Made by a program: the position numbers and the translations under genes
The notes under the pieces: generated by a model
Database searches by the model: none
What the model saw: only the letters and a program-made list of their open reading frames with translations
What the model was told of the DNA's origin: nothing
Source of the DNA: Octopus sinensis
Taxonomy: Eukaryota
Length of the DNA: 64,000 nucleotides
Reading direction: 5' to 3'
Assembly (NCBI RefSeq): GCF_006345805.1
Contig: NC_043019.1
Span: forward strand, 13,639,360-13,703,359
Shown: positions 1 to 12,869 of the stretch, piece after piece
Numbering within the stretch: the first letter of the stretch is position 1
Layout: each line of letters opens with the position of its first letter

Positions 1-300
1 CCTGTCCTAAACAAAATGGCATTACCTTTTGACTCACCCTCGTAATTTAGGCCCATGGCCAGTAATTTAGAGATGATGGCTCTTAGGCAATACCATTGAG
101 TCCAATGGTTGACTGGCACTTTATTTTATCAACCCTGGTGGGACAAGAAGTAAAGTTGAGATCAGTGAGATTTGAACCTGTAAGAAAATACAGCACGGTA
201 TTTTGTCCTTGACGCTCAACTGATTCTTAGAATCTGCCACCTAATAAATGTCACTGCTTTAGGCACAAAGCCATAAATATTAAGAGGAAAGAGTTAGTCA

Positions 301-536
301 ATACCTATTTCTTTACTACCCCCAAGGGGCCACACACAGAGGGGACAAACAAGGACAGACAAACGGATTAAGTCGATTACATCGACCCCAGTGCGTGTAA
401 CTGGTACTTAATTTATCGACCCCGAAAGGATGAAAGGCAAAGTCGACCTCGGCAGAATTTTAACTCAGAACGTAACGGCAGACGAAATACCTCTCAGCAT
501 TTCGCCCGGTTACTAATGCTTCTGCCAGCTCGCCGC
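301..536 (-). mobile_element. tRNA-derived SINE, working family B
   Basis: The reverse complement begins GCGGCGAGCTGGCAGAAGCATTAG (A-box-like) and has GAGTTAAAATTC (B-box-like). The body motif GCCTTTCATCCTTTCGGGGTCGATAAATTAAGTACCAG recurs at 28.7, 45.9, 52.0 and 56.0 kb. Confidence 0.85.
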
Positions 537-1574
537 AGTTAGTCAATACCGTCAACCAATACTTAACCGGTACTTTCTCAGCCCCAGGTAGAATGAAAGG
601 CAAAACTGGCCTCAGTGGGGATAGAACCCTTAATGTCAATAACCAGAAGAAATACTTCAATGTATTTTATCCAACACTCGAATGATTCTGCTCGCTCATT
701 GCCCTTAATATATCACTATAACACTGCTTTTAAGGGTGGTCTGCTTAAACTGTCACCTGGTTTAACACCACTCCCTGACCCTTAGAGGTTTTTAGTAGAG
801 TTCATTCTGTTGCAAGTATTTGTGCAAGGGCTCCAGTTTGGGAGTAACATCTTTACTCCCTCCTACTGGTTTTGGATGCCCTGGAAAAAGTTCATGGCTT
901 TTATTCTTCCTTGTGTGACCAAGTCATTAAGAAAAAACCAATGTGATAAACCTTTGTCACTGGTAAAAAGTAAATTTTATTGGAATGTATCAGGAGAAAA
1001 TGTCAACTGGATTGTCTATAGTTTATGGCTAGGTCTTACCATATAAACCTCAGTGAAATGAAGACAAAATTGGCTCCTGCATACTCTAGGGAAATTTGTA
1101 TCCTATATGCAAAGAGATTGAAGCAGAGCAAATGAGAAAACTTCTTCATATCCATGCAGCCTGCTTCTTCAAATCACCTAAGAACACATGAAGTCATACA
1201 GATCTCAAGGGGGAAAAGTATTGTATTTATTGCTGATAATTTCTTTATTAAGCCATGAATAAGCTATGTAGAACACAGAACCCTCATTCAAAACTTTTCT
1301 GCACCAGCCCAACGTTTTATTTCTATACTGACAACAGGAGAACACCACAACACTTGACATACACTTGAAGATCATAAAATTAAAACGAAATCACCACCAG
1401 ATATTCCTAATAATAGATTAAGTACCAGTGTTTAAGAACACATCAAAGTATTATACCATTTGTCTAAGAGAAAATTTTCATATCACATAACTTCTTGCTC
1501 TAATTCTAAACAAAAATAATGAACTTATTTCAAGGTGCCAACACAAGTACAAATGTTTTCTCATGAACAGTTAC

Positions 1575-1635
1575 CTTGGGCATGTTGACGAGCAATTAAT
1601 GCTGAAGATCCATTCTTCTCATCAGGAGAACATTC
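1575..1635 (-). CDS. candidate internal exon (ECSPDEKNGSSALIARQHAQ), product unknown
   Basis: On the minus strand: TTTCTGTGTACAG acceptor, 61 nt open in only one frame, then AAG|GTAACT donor. It lies in unique sequence. No homology recognised. Confidence 0.25.
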
Positions 1636-1904
1636 CTGTACACAGAAATTAATACGAAACAAACATACCTCGGGGCTTAACACGTGTCCTAAACGAGAAG
1701 AATAATGTGTCAACATCTATCTACGCAATTCAAATTTTGAATTCAAATGTCGTGCACAGCATTTAAAAGAGGAGACCAGTTCAACAAGCCACTGCAAAGA
1801 AGTGGATTTGAATGAAAAATAAATAAAAGAGGGATATTAAAAAAATATATCCTGCATAATGTATTTTTACATTCATTCCTCTTTTATATACGTATACAAT
1901 ATGC

Positions 1905-2352
1905 TGCGTTTGAGAAGACCCGGCAAGCCAAGTGAGACCATAACCTCATGGCCTATGCCAGGGGTGTAACCAGCCCACTTATGCGTACCTTTTCTTCATT
2001 GGACACTAAACTCTGCTTGCAAAGATCTGTTGAGGCAAGTGAAATCGAAATCAAATTCGATGACTGGCATCCGTGCTAGTGGAGTGCTAAGAGCACCATC
2101 CGAGCGTGATCGTTGCCAGGGCAGCAAACTGGCTTCCGTGTTGGTGGCACATAAAAAGCACCATTCATGCATGATCGTTACCTGCGTCGCCTTCGAGTGA
2201 GGTCATTGCCAATGCCACTGGACTGGCTCCTGTGCAGGTGGCACATAAAAAACATCATTTGAGCGTGGCCATTGCCAGTGCCGCCTGACTGGCCCTCGTG
2301 TCGGTGGCACATAAAAGCACTCACTACACTCTCAAAGTGGATGGCATTCTTA
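1905..2352 (+). mobile_element. retroposon fragment, working family C (long 5' part)
   Basis: Contains three GTGGCACATAAAA(A)GCAC-type modules followed by CACTACACTCTCAAAGTGG, the body shared with the family C copies elsewhere in the window. Confidence 0.65.
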
Positions 2353-2669
2353 AGCAAGGTACTTACCACACAGCCACACCTGCACCTATCATTAAAAAAA
2401 GTATATGAAACTCTAACCAAATGTGCTGAGAGCTATTTTCATTTGTTTGTGCACTCACCTGTGTATATATAAATATATACACACACACATATATGTGCAC
2501 ACGCGTGCACACATGCATGAACACACACATGTTACACACACTTAAATAAGGATGCTTACTAGCCTTGTGTTTCATTCACTTCAGAATTCGCGTGAGAGCT
2601 CTCAGACAGAAAGAAGGGAAGAGAATAAAAGGCAACTGGTAGGAACCGTCATTATAAAATACGTACATA

Positions 2670-2735
2670 CACACACAAAAATATATATATATATACATAG
2701 ACATATATATATATACACACACACACACATGTATA

Positions 2736-2781
<46 letters not shown>

Positions 2782-3259
2782 CATATATATATATATAATG
2801 ATATATATATACATATACAATATATATATATATATACATATATACATATACATATATACATATACATAGATATATATACATATACATATATACATATACT
2901 ATATACATATACATATATACATATACATATATACATATACATATATACTATACATATACACTATACATATATATATTACATATATACATATACATATATA
3001 TATATATACATATATAATATACATATATACATATACATATATACATATACATATATACATATACATATATATATACATAATATATACATATAATATATAC
3101 ATATATATATATACATATATATATATACATATATATATATACATATACATATATATATATACATATATATATACAATACATATATATATTATACATATTA
3201 TATACAATACATATACATATACATATATATATATATATATAATATATATATACATATAC

Positions 3260-3290
<31 letters not shown>

Positions 3291-3385
3291 TATATACATA
3301 TACATATACATATATATATACATATATTAATAATATATATATATACATACATATATATATAATATATATATATATATTACACAAA
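2670..3385. repeat. (TA)n/(CATATA)n compound microsatellite
   Basis: Read directly from the sequence. Confidence 0.97.
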
Positions 3386-3793
3386 TATATATTCCATGTA
3401 TTATGTACACTGGCTCATGCTTCTCCAAACTGTTTTCTTTTTATTTAAAAATATAAAAAAACAGTAATAGATAACAATTTTATATAATCCTGTTTAACTT
3501 TCATACAGCTTTTAAACTTTTACACACACACACACACACACACACAAAAAAACACACACATTCACGCACACACACGGAAACACATATACACGGTCGTACA
3601 TTTTGTTTGATAAGCAGGTATCTATTGATGAATATATATTCGCTGGTTGCAATTTCCCTTAGAACCAAATATGGTAAGCACCGCCACTGCCACCATCACC
3701 ATCGCCATCGCCACCATCGTCCTCATCACCACCACCAACTACTATAACCTGTACTGCTGTAGTGACCCACAGTCTTAAAAGTTATATATGAAT

Positions 3794-3833
<40 letters not shown>

Positions 3834-4139
3834 GGGAAGATTGAGTTACCATAAGAAAGTTTTTTTCTTTCTTAAATATACAAAAGGAAAAAAAAAAAGT
3901 ACTTGATGGAAGAGAAAGAAAAGTTTTGTCATCAGAACTTTTCTTGTTTTGTTTTGTGTTTCATTTTTTTTTTTCGCTTTTGCTTTTGGTTTTGTTTTTT
4001 TTTTTTTCCTTTCAGCTTCATGCAGGAAATAAAATTCAATTCTTGTTTTCTGATCATCATCATCATCATCAGCATCATCATCATCATTAACAACAGCAAT
4101 GACAGAATTATTATCAACAAAACACACACAAGCAAACGA

Positions 4140-4440
4140 CTACACATATACATTATATATATATATACACATACATACATATGAATATATATATACATAT
4201 ATATATTTATATACATAAATATATATGTATGTATGTATGTATGTATATGCATGGACATGCATGCATACATATATATATATGCATAAATATGCAGACATGC
4301 ACAAACATGTATATGCATATATATATACACATATATAGTCATCCACAATCTTATATAACAAATATATATACATACATATATGTAATATATATAAACATAT
4401 AAATATATATGTATATAATATATATATACATGCATATAAA

Positions 4441-4483
<43 letters not shown>

Positions 4484-4690
4484 GCATATAAATCTATAAT
4501 ATATATACATGCATATAAATCTATATATATATATATATATTCTAAATATGCAGACATGCACAAACATGTATATGCATATATATATAACATATATAGTCAT
4601 CCACAATCTTAATATATACAAATATATACATACAATATATGTATATATATAACATATAAATATATATGTATATATATAATATAATGCATA

Positions 4691-4729
<39 letters not shown>

Positions 4730-5200
4730 GCATATAAATCTATATATATATACATGCATATAAATCTATATATATATACATGCATATAAATCTATATATA
4801 TATACATGCATATAATCTATATATATTACATGCATATAAATATATATATATATATATATATAATATATTATATATATATACATGCTTAACAATATCTAAT
4901 ATATATATATATATATATTTATATATATGCATACATACATATATATATATATATAGATATAGATATATATATCTGCATACATATATATTTATACATACAT
5001 ATATATATGTGAACATATATACTGACACACATACACCTATGTGTGTATATATATACGTACCTATTTATATATACATATATTTATATACATATATATACAT
5101 ACGAGCATGCACACATAAATACATACATATATATATACATACATACATACATATAAATATATACACACACACACACACACACGTGTGTGTGTGTGTGTGT
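4140..5200. repeat. TA-rich compound microsatellite with emerging CATGCATATAAATCTATATATA units
   Basis: Read directly. The block AAATATGCAGACATGCACAAAC...AGTCATCCACAATCTTA occurs twice (~4285 and ~4543). Confidence 0.95.
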
Positions 5201-5439
5201 ATGTGTACCAACAATATCTGGGTACAATACGAAGAAATGGTTTTCAGCTTTATGAATCCCTGAGGAGACCAGAGGCGAAAAGAAGAGGAGTTGGGAATGA
5301 AAGAATGGTAGAATCAATAGAAATAGGTAATTTCTTGGTTCCTCCTGTCACCACTTCAAATATTCTTTGGTTCTTTGGTTTTTATAGAGTTCTACAGATA
5401 GGGTTACAGAAACATTGCTGGTCCTTCTCCTTTCTCTCT

Positions 5440-5447
5440 CTTTATGT

Positions 5448-5480
<33 letters not shown>

Positions 5481-6428
5481 CATTCATATACACATACACA
5501 TACTTACATATACATACACATGCATACAAATGCACACACATGTACAGACATATGTACACATTTATATACGCATATACACACACATAAACACATACACACA
5601 CAAGCATATATATTTAGATATATGTATACATTCATATATACACACATACATATGTACACATGCATACAAATGCACACACATGTACAGATATATGTACACA
5701 TTTATATACACATATACATGCACATAAACACACACACAAATACATACACATACATGGACACATACATGTATGTGTATATAGACATATACACACAAATACA
5801 CACACTGACATATACATGACTACATATACACATGTACATATATACATATGCATAATATACATACAGGCGTACACACACACACACAAACACAATCATTATT
5901 ATTATTATTACTATTATTATTATTATTACTATTATTGTTGTTATTATTATTACTATTATTATTATTATTATCATCATGAACATTATTATTATTGTCTCTT
6001 TGCTTCTATCTCTCTATCACATATGCTCATTTTTATGCTTAGTCTCTCCCCCTCTCTGTCTGTCTGTCTGTCTCTCTCTCTCCCTCTCTGTCCCCTTCTC
6101 TGTCTCCCTCTCTCTCTCTTTTCTCTTTGTTCCTCTCTATCTCTCTTTCCCAGTCTGTCTGTCTATCTGTCTCTCCCTCTCTCTCTCTCTCTCTGTCCAT
6201 GTCTCTTTGCTCTTGTCTCTATCTCTCGTTCCCTCTCCCTGTCTGTCTGTCTCTCCCTTTCTCTGTCTCTGTTTCTCTCTCCATTTCTGTCCTTTTTTCT
6301 CTCCTCTCCTTTGTTCTTTCTTTCTTTATGCCCCTCTCTCTCTCTCTCCCTGTCTGTTTGCCTGTCTCTGTCTGTCTCTCTCTCTCTCTCCCTTTCTCTG
6401 TCCCTCACTCTCTCAATATATATATATA

Positions 6429-6465
<37 letters not shown>

Positions 6466-6790
6466 CTCACATTCTTTTCTCCTCTGTATCATCTCACTCC
6501 TCCATTGTCTCTCATACATTTTCCTCCTCAGAGACCCCTTCTATCACACACACACACACATATTCCAACTCCTCTCCTTTCTCTCTCTCTCTTCTCCTCC
6601 TCTTTCACCCTCACTTTGTGCCTCCCCCTCTTTCTCACACACACGCACACACACACATCTGCGCTCACATATTGCTACACAGAACTATGACATACACATC
6701 ACCACTTTTACACACACACACACATTCACCAATACATTTATAACATGACAGACATATCACTCACAAACACACACACGCACACACACATTC
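5440..6790. repeat. compound (CA/TA)n, (ATT)n and (CT)n simple repeats
   Basis: Read directly from the sequence. Confidence 0.95.
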
Positions 6791-7004
6791 TCTTTCTCTC
6801 TTACACCCTCACCATCTCTTTCTTCGCCGTTCTTCTCTCCCTGCTCACGCAGACATTCTCAATGTCTCTGGACAATTCTTTACATATTCCAAGCAATACT
6901 CTTGCAGACTCTCTCGTGTAACAAACAGCAAAACTAACAACTTTTCCAATGTTCCAATGCTGACACACGCATTTCGTTTGTCCCTCACTCTCTCCTTCTC
7001 TCTC

Positions 7005-7630
7005 TGTATATATATACATACATATATACATATTCATATATATATATACATATATACATACACATATATACACATATACACATATATATATATACATATA
7101 TACACATATATACATATACACACATATATACATATACATATATACACATATATACATATACATATATATATATACATATACACATATATATACATATACA
7201 TATATACATATATATACATATACATATATATATACATATATATACATATACATATATATACATATATATACATATACATATATATACATATATACATATA
7301 CATATATATATACATATACATACATATACATATATATACATATATATACATATACATATATATACATATATACATATACATATATATATACATATACATA
7401 TACATATATACATACATATACATATATATATACATATACATATATACATATATATACATATATATACATATACATATATACATATATATACATATACACA
7501 TATATATACATATACATATATATATATACATATATATACATATACACATATATACATATACATATACACACATATATACATATATACACATATATACATA
7601 TATATACATATACATATATATATATATATT
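7005..7630. repeat. (CATATA/TACATA)n microsatellite
   Basis: Read directly from the sequence. Confidence 0.97.
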
Positions 7631-8019
7631 ACAGACGCACAGGCATCACTCACTGAGCCAACAAGGGGCTTTCAACATGGTGGGTCTCCTTAGGATAAAT
7701 ATAGCATCCTCGCCATCTCTATGCCTACTATTACTCTCACCCCAGCATAAGGAATATTAGAAGTGCCACTGAATAGTGAGAGAGGATGGTCAAAGTGTGA
7801 CACACTGACACACAGAAATTAGTTTTTTTGCATTTATTATATATATATATATATTATATATATATATATATATATGCCTGTCAATTTACTTATATATGCT
7901 TGTTGATCGATTCCTTAGTGAAATACATTTGCCAACTCAATTATTAAACACATTTATATAGACTTGGTGCTATATTTAGCTAACTGATCATAGAGAGCTA
8001 CCAACTTTATTGCCAATTC

Positions 8020-8910
8020 AGTTTTACAGGCTTGCCAATGTTTCTTACTTATTCTTGCTACTTTAGTCCTGCAAATTTGCCAATGTAGTTATTGATAAAA
8101 CTAGTTTTACAGATTTGCTAATGTGGTCTTACAGATTTATCAACAGTCATTACTAGCCAAGTCTTAAAGAGTTGCTAACTCAGGCATTGCTAATCCACTC
8201 TTAAAGACTTGCCAACACAATCATTACTAGCCAAGTCTTACATACTTGCTAATTCAAGCATTGCTTACCCAGTCTTACAGACTTGCCAACACAATCATTG
8301 TTAGCCAGGTCTTACAGTCTTGCTAAATCAAGCATTGCCAACCAAGTCTTACAGACTTGCTAAATCAAGCATTGCCAACCAAGTCTTACAGTTTTGCTAA
8401 ATCAAGCATTGCCAACCAAGTCTTACACACTTGCTAAATCAAGCATTGCCAACCAAGTCTAACAGACTTGCTAACCCAAGCATTGCCAACCAACTCTTAC
8501 AGACTTGCTAAATTAAGCATTGCCAACCAAGTCTTACAGACTTGCTAAATCAAGCATTGCCAACCAAGTCTTACAAACTTGCCAAAACAATCATTGCCAA
8601 CCAAGTCTTACAGACTTGCTAACCCAAGCATTGCCAACCAAGTCTTACAGACTTGCTAAATCAAGCATTGCTAACCAAGTCTTACAGACTTGCTAAATCA
8701 AGCATTGCTAACCAAGTCTTACAGACTTGCTAAATCAAGCATTGCCAACCAAGTCTTATAGACTTGTTAACGCAAGCATTGCCAACCAAGTCTTTCAGAC
8801 TTATCAACACAATCGTTGCTATCCAAGTCTTACAGAATTGCCAACACATTCAGTTCCAAACCAATCTTACAGAGTTGCTAACAAAATTATCACCCAATTT
8901 GTAGCTTTGC
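8020..8910. repeat. 37-bp minisatellite (CAAGCATTGCCAACCAAGTCTTACAGACTTGCTAAAT)
   Basis: AAGCATTG recurs at 8330, 8367 and onward with a 37-bp period (~13 units to ~8800). The flanks are degenerate. Confidence 0.95.
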
Positions 8911-9636
8911 CAACTCAGCTAAATAGACTTGTAATTACATTTTTCCGGGCCATAAATTCAGACAAAAGATAGGGGGAGAAAGGAACATTTCACATCAAAC
9001 TAGACATTTAACAAGATACAGATCTCTACCCTCATTTTTTTTTTTGCTGCCATTCAAACCAAATTCTTTATCCTGAGTCATATCTTAATTTGATGTTTCT
9101 TTTGCTCTTCCCTTTTCTTTCAACCCATAGTTCCTTAATCAACACATATGTAACCCCACCCCCACCCCACCCCATCCTCACCCTTCTGTCTGCTCCTCTC
9201 TTGCATTAATTATTATTCATAAATTAAGTTTGCCTTATAACTCTCTAGATGCTTCGTAGATCCTTCACTTAACAGCTTCTGGGCTAAATTCAATTGTCTA
9301 CATCGCTCGAAACCTTGACATATATTTAATTAACAACAACTACTGCTGCTGCTGCTACTACTATTACTACTACTACTATTAACACTACTATTACTACTAT
9401 TATTAACACTACTATTTCTACTACCTAGTAGAAGGAGCAGCCACCCACAGATGTTATCAAAATAAAATGGAGCCTTAAGAATATCGGATTTGGCTATTGT
9501 TTCTACAGAATGGCCTGTCTGTTTCCTGATTAAAATTTTGTTTTCTTTCCTTTATTTGAATGTTTTGATAAAAAAAAGAGAAAAGGAAAAGAAGAAATAA
9601 AGAATTATCTTTCAGAAGATCTATCTAGAAACTTGT

Positions 9637-9882
9637 GGAGGTGCGTGGCTTAGTGGTTAGGGTGTTGAACTCATGATCGTAAGGTTGTGGTTTCGATTCC
9701 TGGACCGGGCGATGCGTTGTGTTCTTGAGCAAAACACTTCATTTCACGTTGCTCCAGTCCACTCAGCTGGCAAACATGAGTAATGCTGCGATGGACTGGC
9801 GTCCCGTCCAGGTGGAGAATTTCTACACCACTGAAACGGGAAAACGGCCCTTATGAGCCTGGCATGGCTTGAGAAGGAACAT
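9637..9882 (+). mobile_element. tRNA-derived SINE, working family D
   Basis: A-box TGGCTTAGTGGTTAGG, B-box GTTTCGATTCC, then TTGAGCAAAACACTTCATTTCACGTTGCTCCAGTCCACTCAGCTGG shared with the copy at 51037. Confidence 0.85.
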
Positions 9883-10179
9883 TTATTTTTATTTACCTAG
9901 AAACTTAGATTTCTATTGCTGTTGTTGTTGTTGCATAGCCCTCTTCTCCCACCCCAAGTCTGTTTTGATTTGACCATGGCCAATCTTCGTCACCAGCCCT
10001 ACTCTTCTTTATACAGACAACAACCGACTTCTCTCCTCTGCTTCAAACAAACAATATGAAGGTTGAGTTAGATCAGTGGTCCTCAACTAGCGTCCGAATG
10101 ACACTTGGGAGGTCCATATAAGATTCTACTGTTAAAGTTTGTGTGCAATATATTTGTTATTATCATCATCGTCATCATC

Positions 10180-10410
10180 ATTTAATGTCCATTTTCCATG
10201 CTGGCATGGGTTAGACTGGCCCTCATGATGGTGGCATGTAAAAAGCACCCACTACACTCTCGGAGTGGTTAGCATTAGGAAGGGCGTCCAGCTGTAGAAA
10301 ATCTGGCAGATCAGATTGGAGCCTGGTGTAGCCATCTGGTTCACCAGTCCTCAGTCAAATTGTCCAACCCAATGCCAGCATGGAAAGCAGTTGTTAAACG
10401 ACAACAATGA
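10180..10410 (+). mobile_element. family C retroposon 3' end
   Basis: AAAAAGCACCCACTACACTC...GGAAGGGCGTCCAGCTGTAGAAA...TTAAACGACAACAATGATGAT tail. Confidence 0.8.
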
Positions 10411-10424
10411 TGATATATATACAA

Positions 10425-10572
10425 ATAGTAAACAACGTGAAATACGAAAACAAATGAGTTCAATATGCAAACAATAAGAGAAACAAATGGAAAACAGGGC
10501 AAGTAACATAAAGAACGACCCTTCATCAGTTGTCGGCTGTCTATCTTCTCCTCATTTCGAACATTGAACAAT
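10425..10572 (-). mobile_element. short Penelope-like repeat fragment with split hammerhead-like motif
   Basis: The minus strand reads TTC GAAA TGAGGAGAAGATAGACAGCCGACAA CTGATGA AGGG TCGTTCTTTATGTT, the same layout as the 17.0-kb element. It is flanked by TA/CA repeats. Confidence 0.5.
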
Positions 10573-10584
10573 ACACACACACAT

Positions 10585-10641
<57 letters not shown>

Positions 10642-10990
10642 AGAAAAAAGCAACAAGAATGGATTAGTTTTTCAGTACAATTGTTTCATACGAAGAACAG
10701 CTTTATTAAAATCTGCAAATATTGCAGCAAATACAAGTGTCCCGTACTCATCAGCCAAAACACATATGAGTTCTCCAAGCATCCTAGGGGGTGAGGCTAC
10801 ACTCATGAAGTATCGAAGATAGTTCTATAAAAAGCAAATTTAGATTGTAAGCAGACTTCCAAAGTTCTCTAATGATGATGCACAGTCTTATAACAAGCTT
10901 TAAAAAAGCTTGTTAGATTCACAGAAAAGGTGAATCCATCCATAATGTAGGTGCAATTACCGGACATATGAGGAGATATTTTATACTCAC

Positions 10991-11040
10991 AGACGATGAA
11001 TCCATCCATGATTAATCCAAAATAAGGTGGGTATAATTTC
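10991..11040 (-). CDS. candidate internal exon (EIIPTLFWINHGWIHR or KLYPPYFGLIMDGFIV), product unknown
   Basis: On the minus strand: TCTTATCATATATCAG acceptor, 50 nt, then TCT|GTGAGT donor. Two frames are open. No homology recognised. Confidence 0.25.
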
Positions 11041-11154
11041 CTGATATATGATAAGATACTTGTCACACTTCTGTTCAATTCACAAAACTGCTATGTTAGA
11101 ATTATAATGGCTCACTTGAATCTTAATTGCTTTTACTATATATATATATATATA

Positions 11155-11342
11155 TGAAAACACAAAGAGAAAACACAACAACGCGAGGACGTGGAACAAA
11201 TATAGTATTATTGGACGCTCAGGAAGGAAGGGAAAAAGGAGGGTTTTATGTTTCGAGTGGAGCTCTTTGTCAGAAACATAGGAAAAGGAAAGATCCAGAG
11301 AAGGGAAGACGGAGGAAAAAATTGCCAACGGTACACACGCGG
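11155..11342 (-). mobile_element. short Penelope-like element with decayed minimal hammerhead
   Basis: Homologous to 28962-29168 and adjacent to (TA)n. The minus strand reads GTTT CTGACAA A GAG CTCCA CTC GAAAC ATA AAAC (11243-11277). Confidence 0.65.
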
Positions 11343-11544
11343 AGAGAGAGAGAGAGTAGGATGGATTCTCGTAGATAGTTTCTTTTCATTGCAAGGAAGA
11401 GAAATATCTTTCTAGGAATTATATTCTATTTTTCTCATTAGTGAAATAAGTGGAGCAAAGTACATTCTAGAGTCTTTATATAATTATTTAACATAATATT
11501 TTCCACATTTCCTTTCAGCTATAATGTCCTTAATATTGGCTTCA

Positions 11545-11960
11545 AATAAGGCAGCGTCCTGGCAGAAACCATAACATGCCGGGCCAAATGTTTAACAGTA
11601 TTTCATCTGTTTTCACATTCTGAGTTCAAATTCTGCTGAGGTCGACTTTGCCTTGAATCATTTCAGGGTTGATAAATTAAGTACCAGTTGCGTACTGGGG
11701 TCAATCTCATCGACTGGCCTCCCCTCCCCCAAAATTTTGGGCCTTGTGCCTATAGTAGAAAATAAAAAAAAAAAGAATATTGGCTTCAAATTTTGGCACA
11801 AGGCCAGCGATTTCAGGGGACAGAATTAAGTTGGTTCCATTGACCCCAGTGTTACACTGGTAGTTATTTTATCGACCACCCAAAAGGATGAAAGGAAAAG
11901 TCGACCTCAGTGGAATTTTTACTCAGAACATAAAAATGGTAAAAATTCCACTGAGCATCT
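11545..11960. mobile_element. two degenerate family B SINEs in opposite orientation
   Basis: TTCTGAGTTCAAATTCTGCTGAGGTCGACTTTGCC on + (~11620), and its reverse complement AAAGGATGAAAGGAAAAGTCGACCTCAGTGGAATTTTTACTCAGAAC (~11885). Confidence 0.7.
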
Positions 11961-12252
11961 TGTCCACACAGTGCTTCTTGCCAAGCACTCTGCGTTATAA
12001 AGATCTTAATATTAGTAAATAGAAGTTACAGTTTCAATTTGGGGTGAGTCTCTGCAGTATAAGGAAATTAAGAATCGATCACATTCTTTGCTTCACAAAA
12101 GACAATATATTGGGAAAGATAAAGGTGGAAGTTGGTAGGTGTCTGTGGAGAATGTTTAGTGGAATTATTCAACCAAGAGACAGTCACTAGAGTTCATTTT
12201 GGTTCATAGCTCATTAGTTGAGTGGAATGAGAAATAAACAGTTTGAATTATA

Positions 12253-12666
12253 GGCGAAGGTGTAGCTGTGTGGTAAGAAGCTTGCTTCCCAAACACATGG
12301 TTCCAGGTTCAGTCCCACTGCATGGCACCTTGGGCAAGTGTCTTCTACTATAGCCTTGAGCTGACCAAAGCCTTGTGAGTGGATTTGGTAGACAGAAACT
12401 GAAAGAAGCTGGTCATATATATGTATATATGTGTGTGTGTGTGTGTGTGTGTATTTATGTACATGTGTCTGTACCTCTGTTTGTCTCCTAGCCATCGCTT
12501 GACAACAGATGTTGGTGGGTTTATGTCCCTGAAACTTAGCAGTTCAACAAACAGACCGATAGAATAAGTACTAGGCTAACAAAGAATAAGTCCTGGGGTC
12601 AATTTGTTCGACTAAAGGCAGTGTTCCAGCATGGCCACATTCAAATAACTGAAACGAGTAAAAGAG
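12253..12666 (+). mobile_element. tRNA-derived SINE, working family A
   Basis: Head GGCGAAGGTGTAGCTGTGTGGTAAG...GGTTCAGTCCCACTG, CACCTTGGGCAAGTGTCTTCT domain, central TG microsatellite and a 3' AAAAGAGT tail. Confidence 0.9.
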
Positions 12667-12869
12667 TCGTTGAGATAATTAAGATACCAATGTAAGAGGA
12701 ATTAATTGAAAATATTCCAGTTGTTTTCCTTCCCTACATGATTTCCAGAGTAAACAGTTACATAGGTTGTCCCCCATGCTAGGCACTTTGGGCAACTGTT
12801 CTCTGCTATGGCCTCGGATCAACAAGGACTTGCAAGAGGATTTGGAAAATGAAAACTGAAAGAATTCAA

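Noticed and set aside
6843-6960. ILNVSGQFF resembling the start of a Kv/KCTD BTB (T1) domain
   Set aside because: Downstream spacing and residues do not fit the domain and no donor site follows; probably chance.
8320-8800. 37-bp palindromic repeat resembling a CRISPR direct repeat
   Set aside because: The units are directly adjacent with no unique spacers, there are no cas genes, and the context is eukaryotic.
9637-9710. tRNA gene calls at SINE heads (also 51040, 63860-63935, 44340-44400, 13330-13395)
   Set aside because: A/B boxes are present but there is no complete cloverleaf, and the heads continue into SINE bodies or are degenerate.
10066-10140. CAGTGGTCCTCAAC as a hAT terminal inverted repeat
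   Set aside because: No matching opposite end or 8-bp TSD was found.
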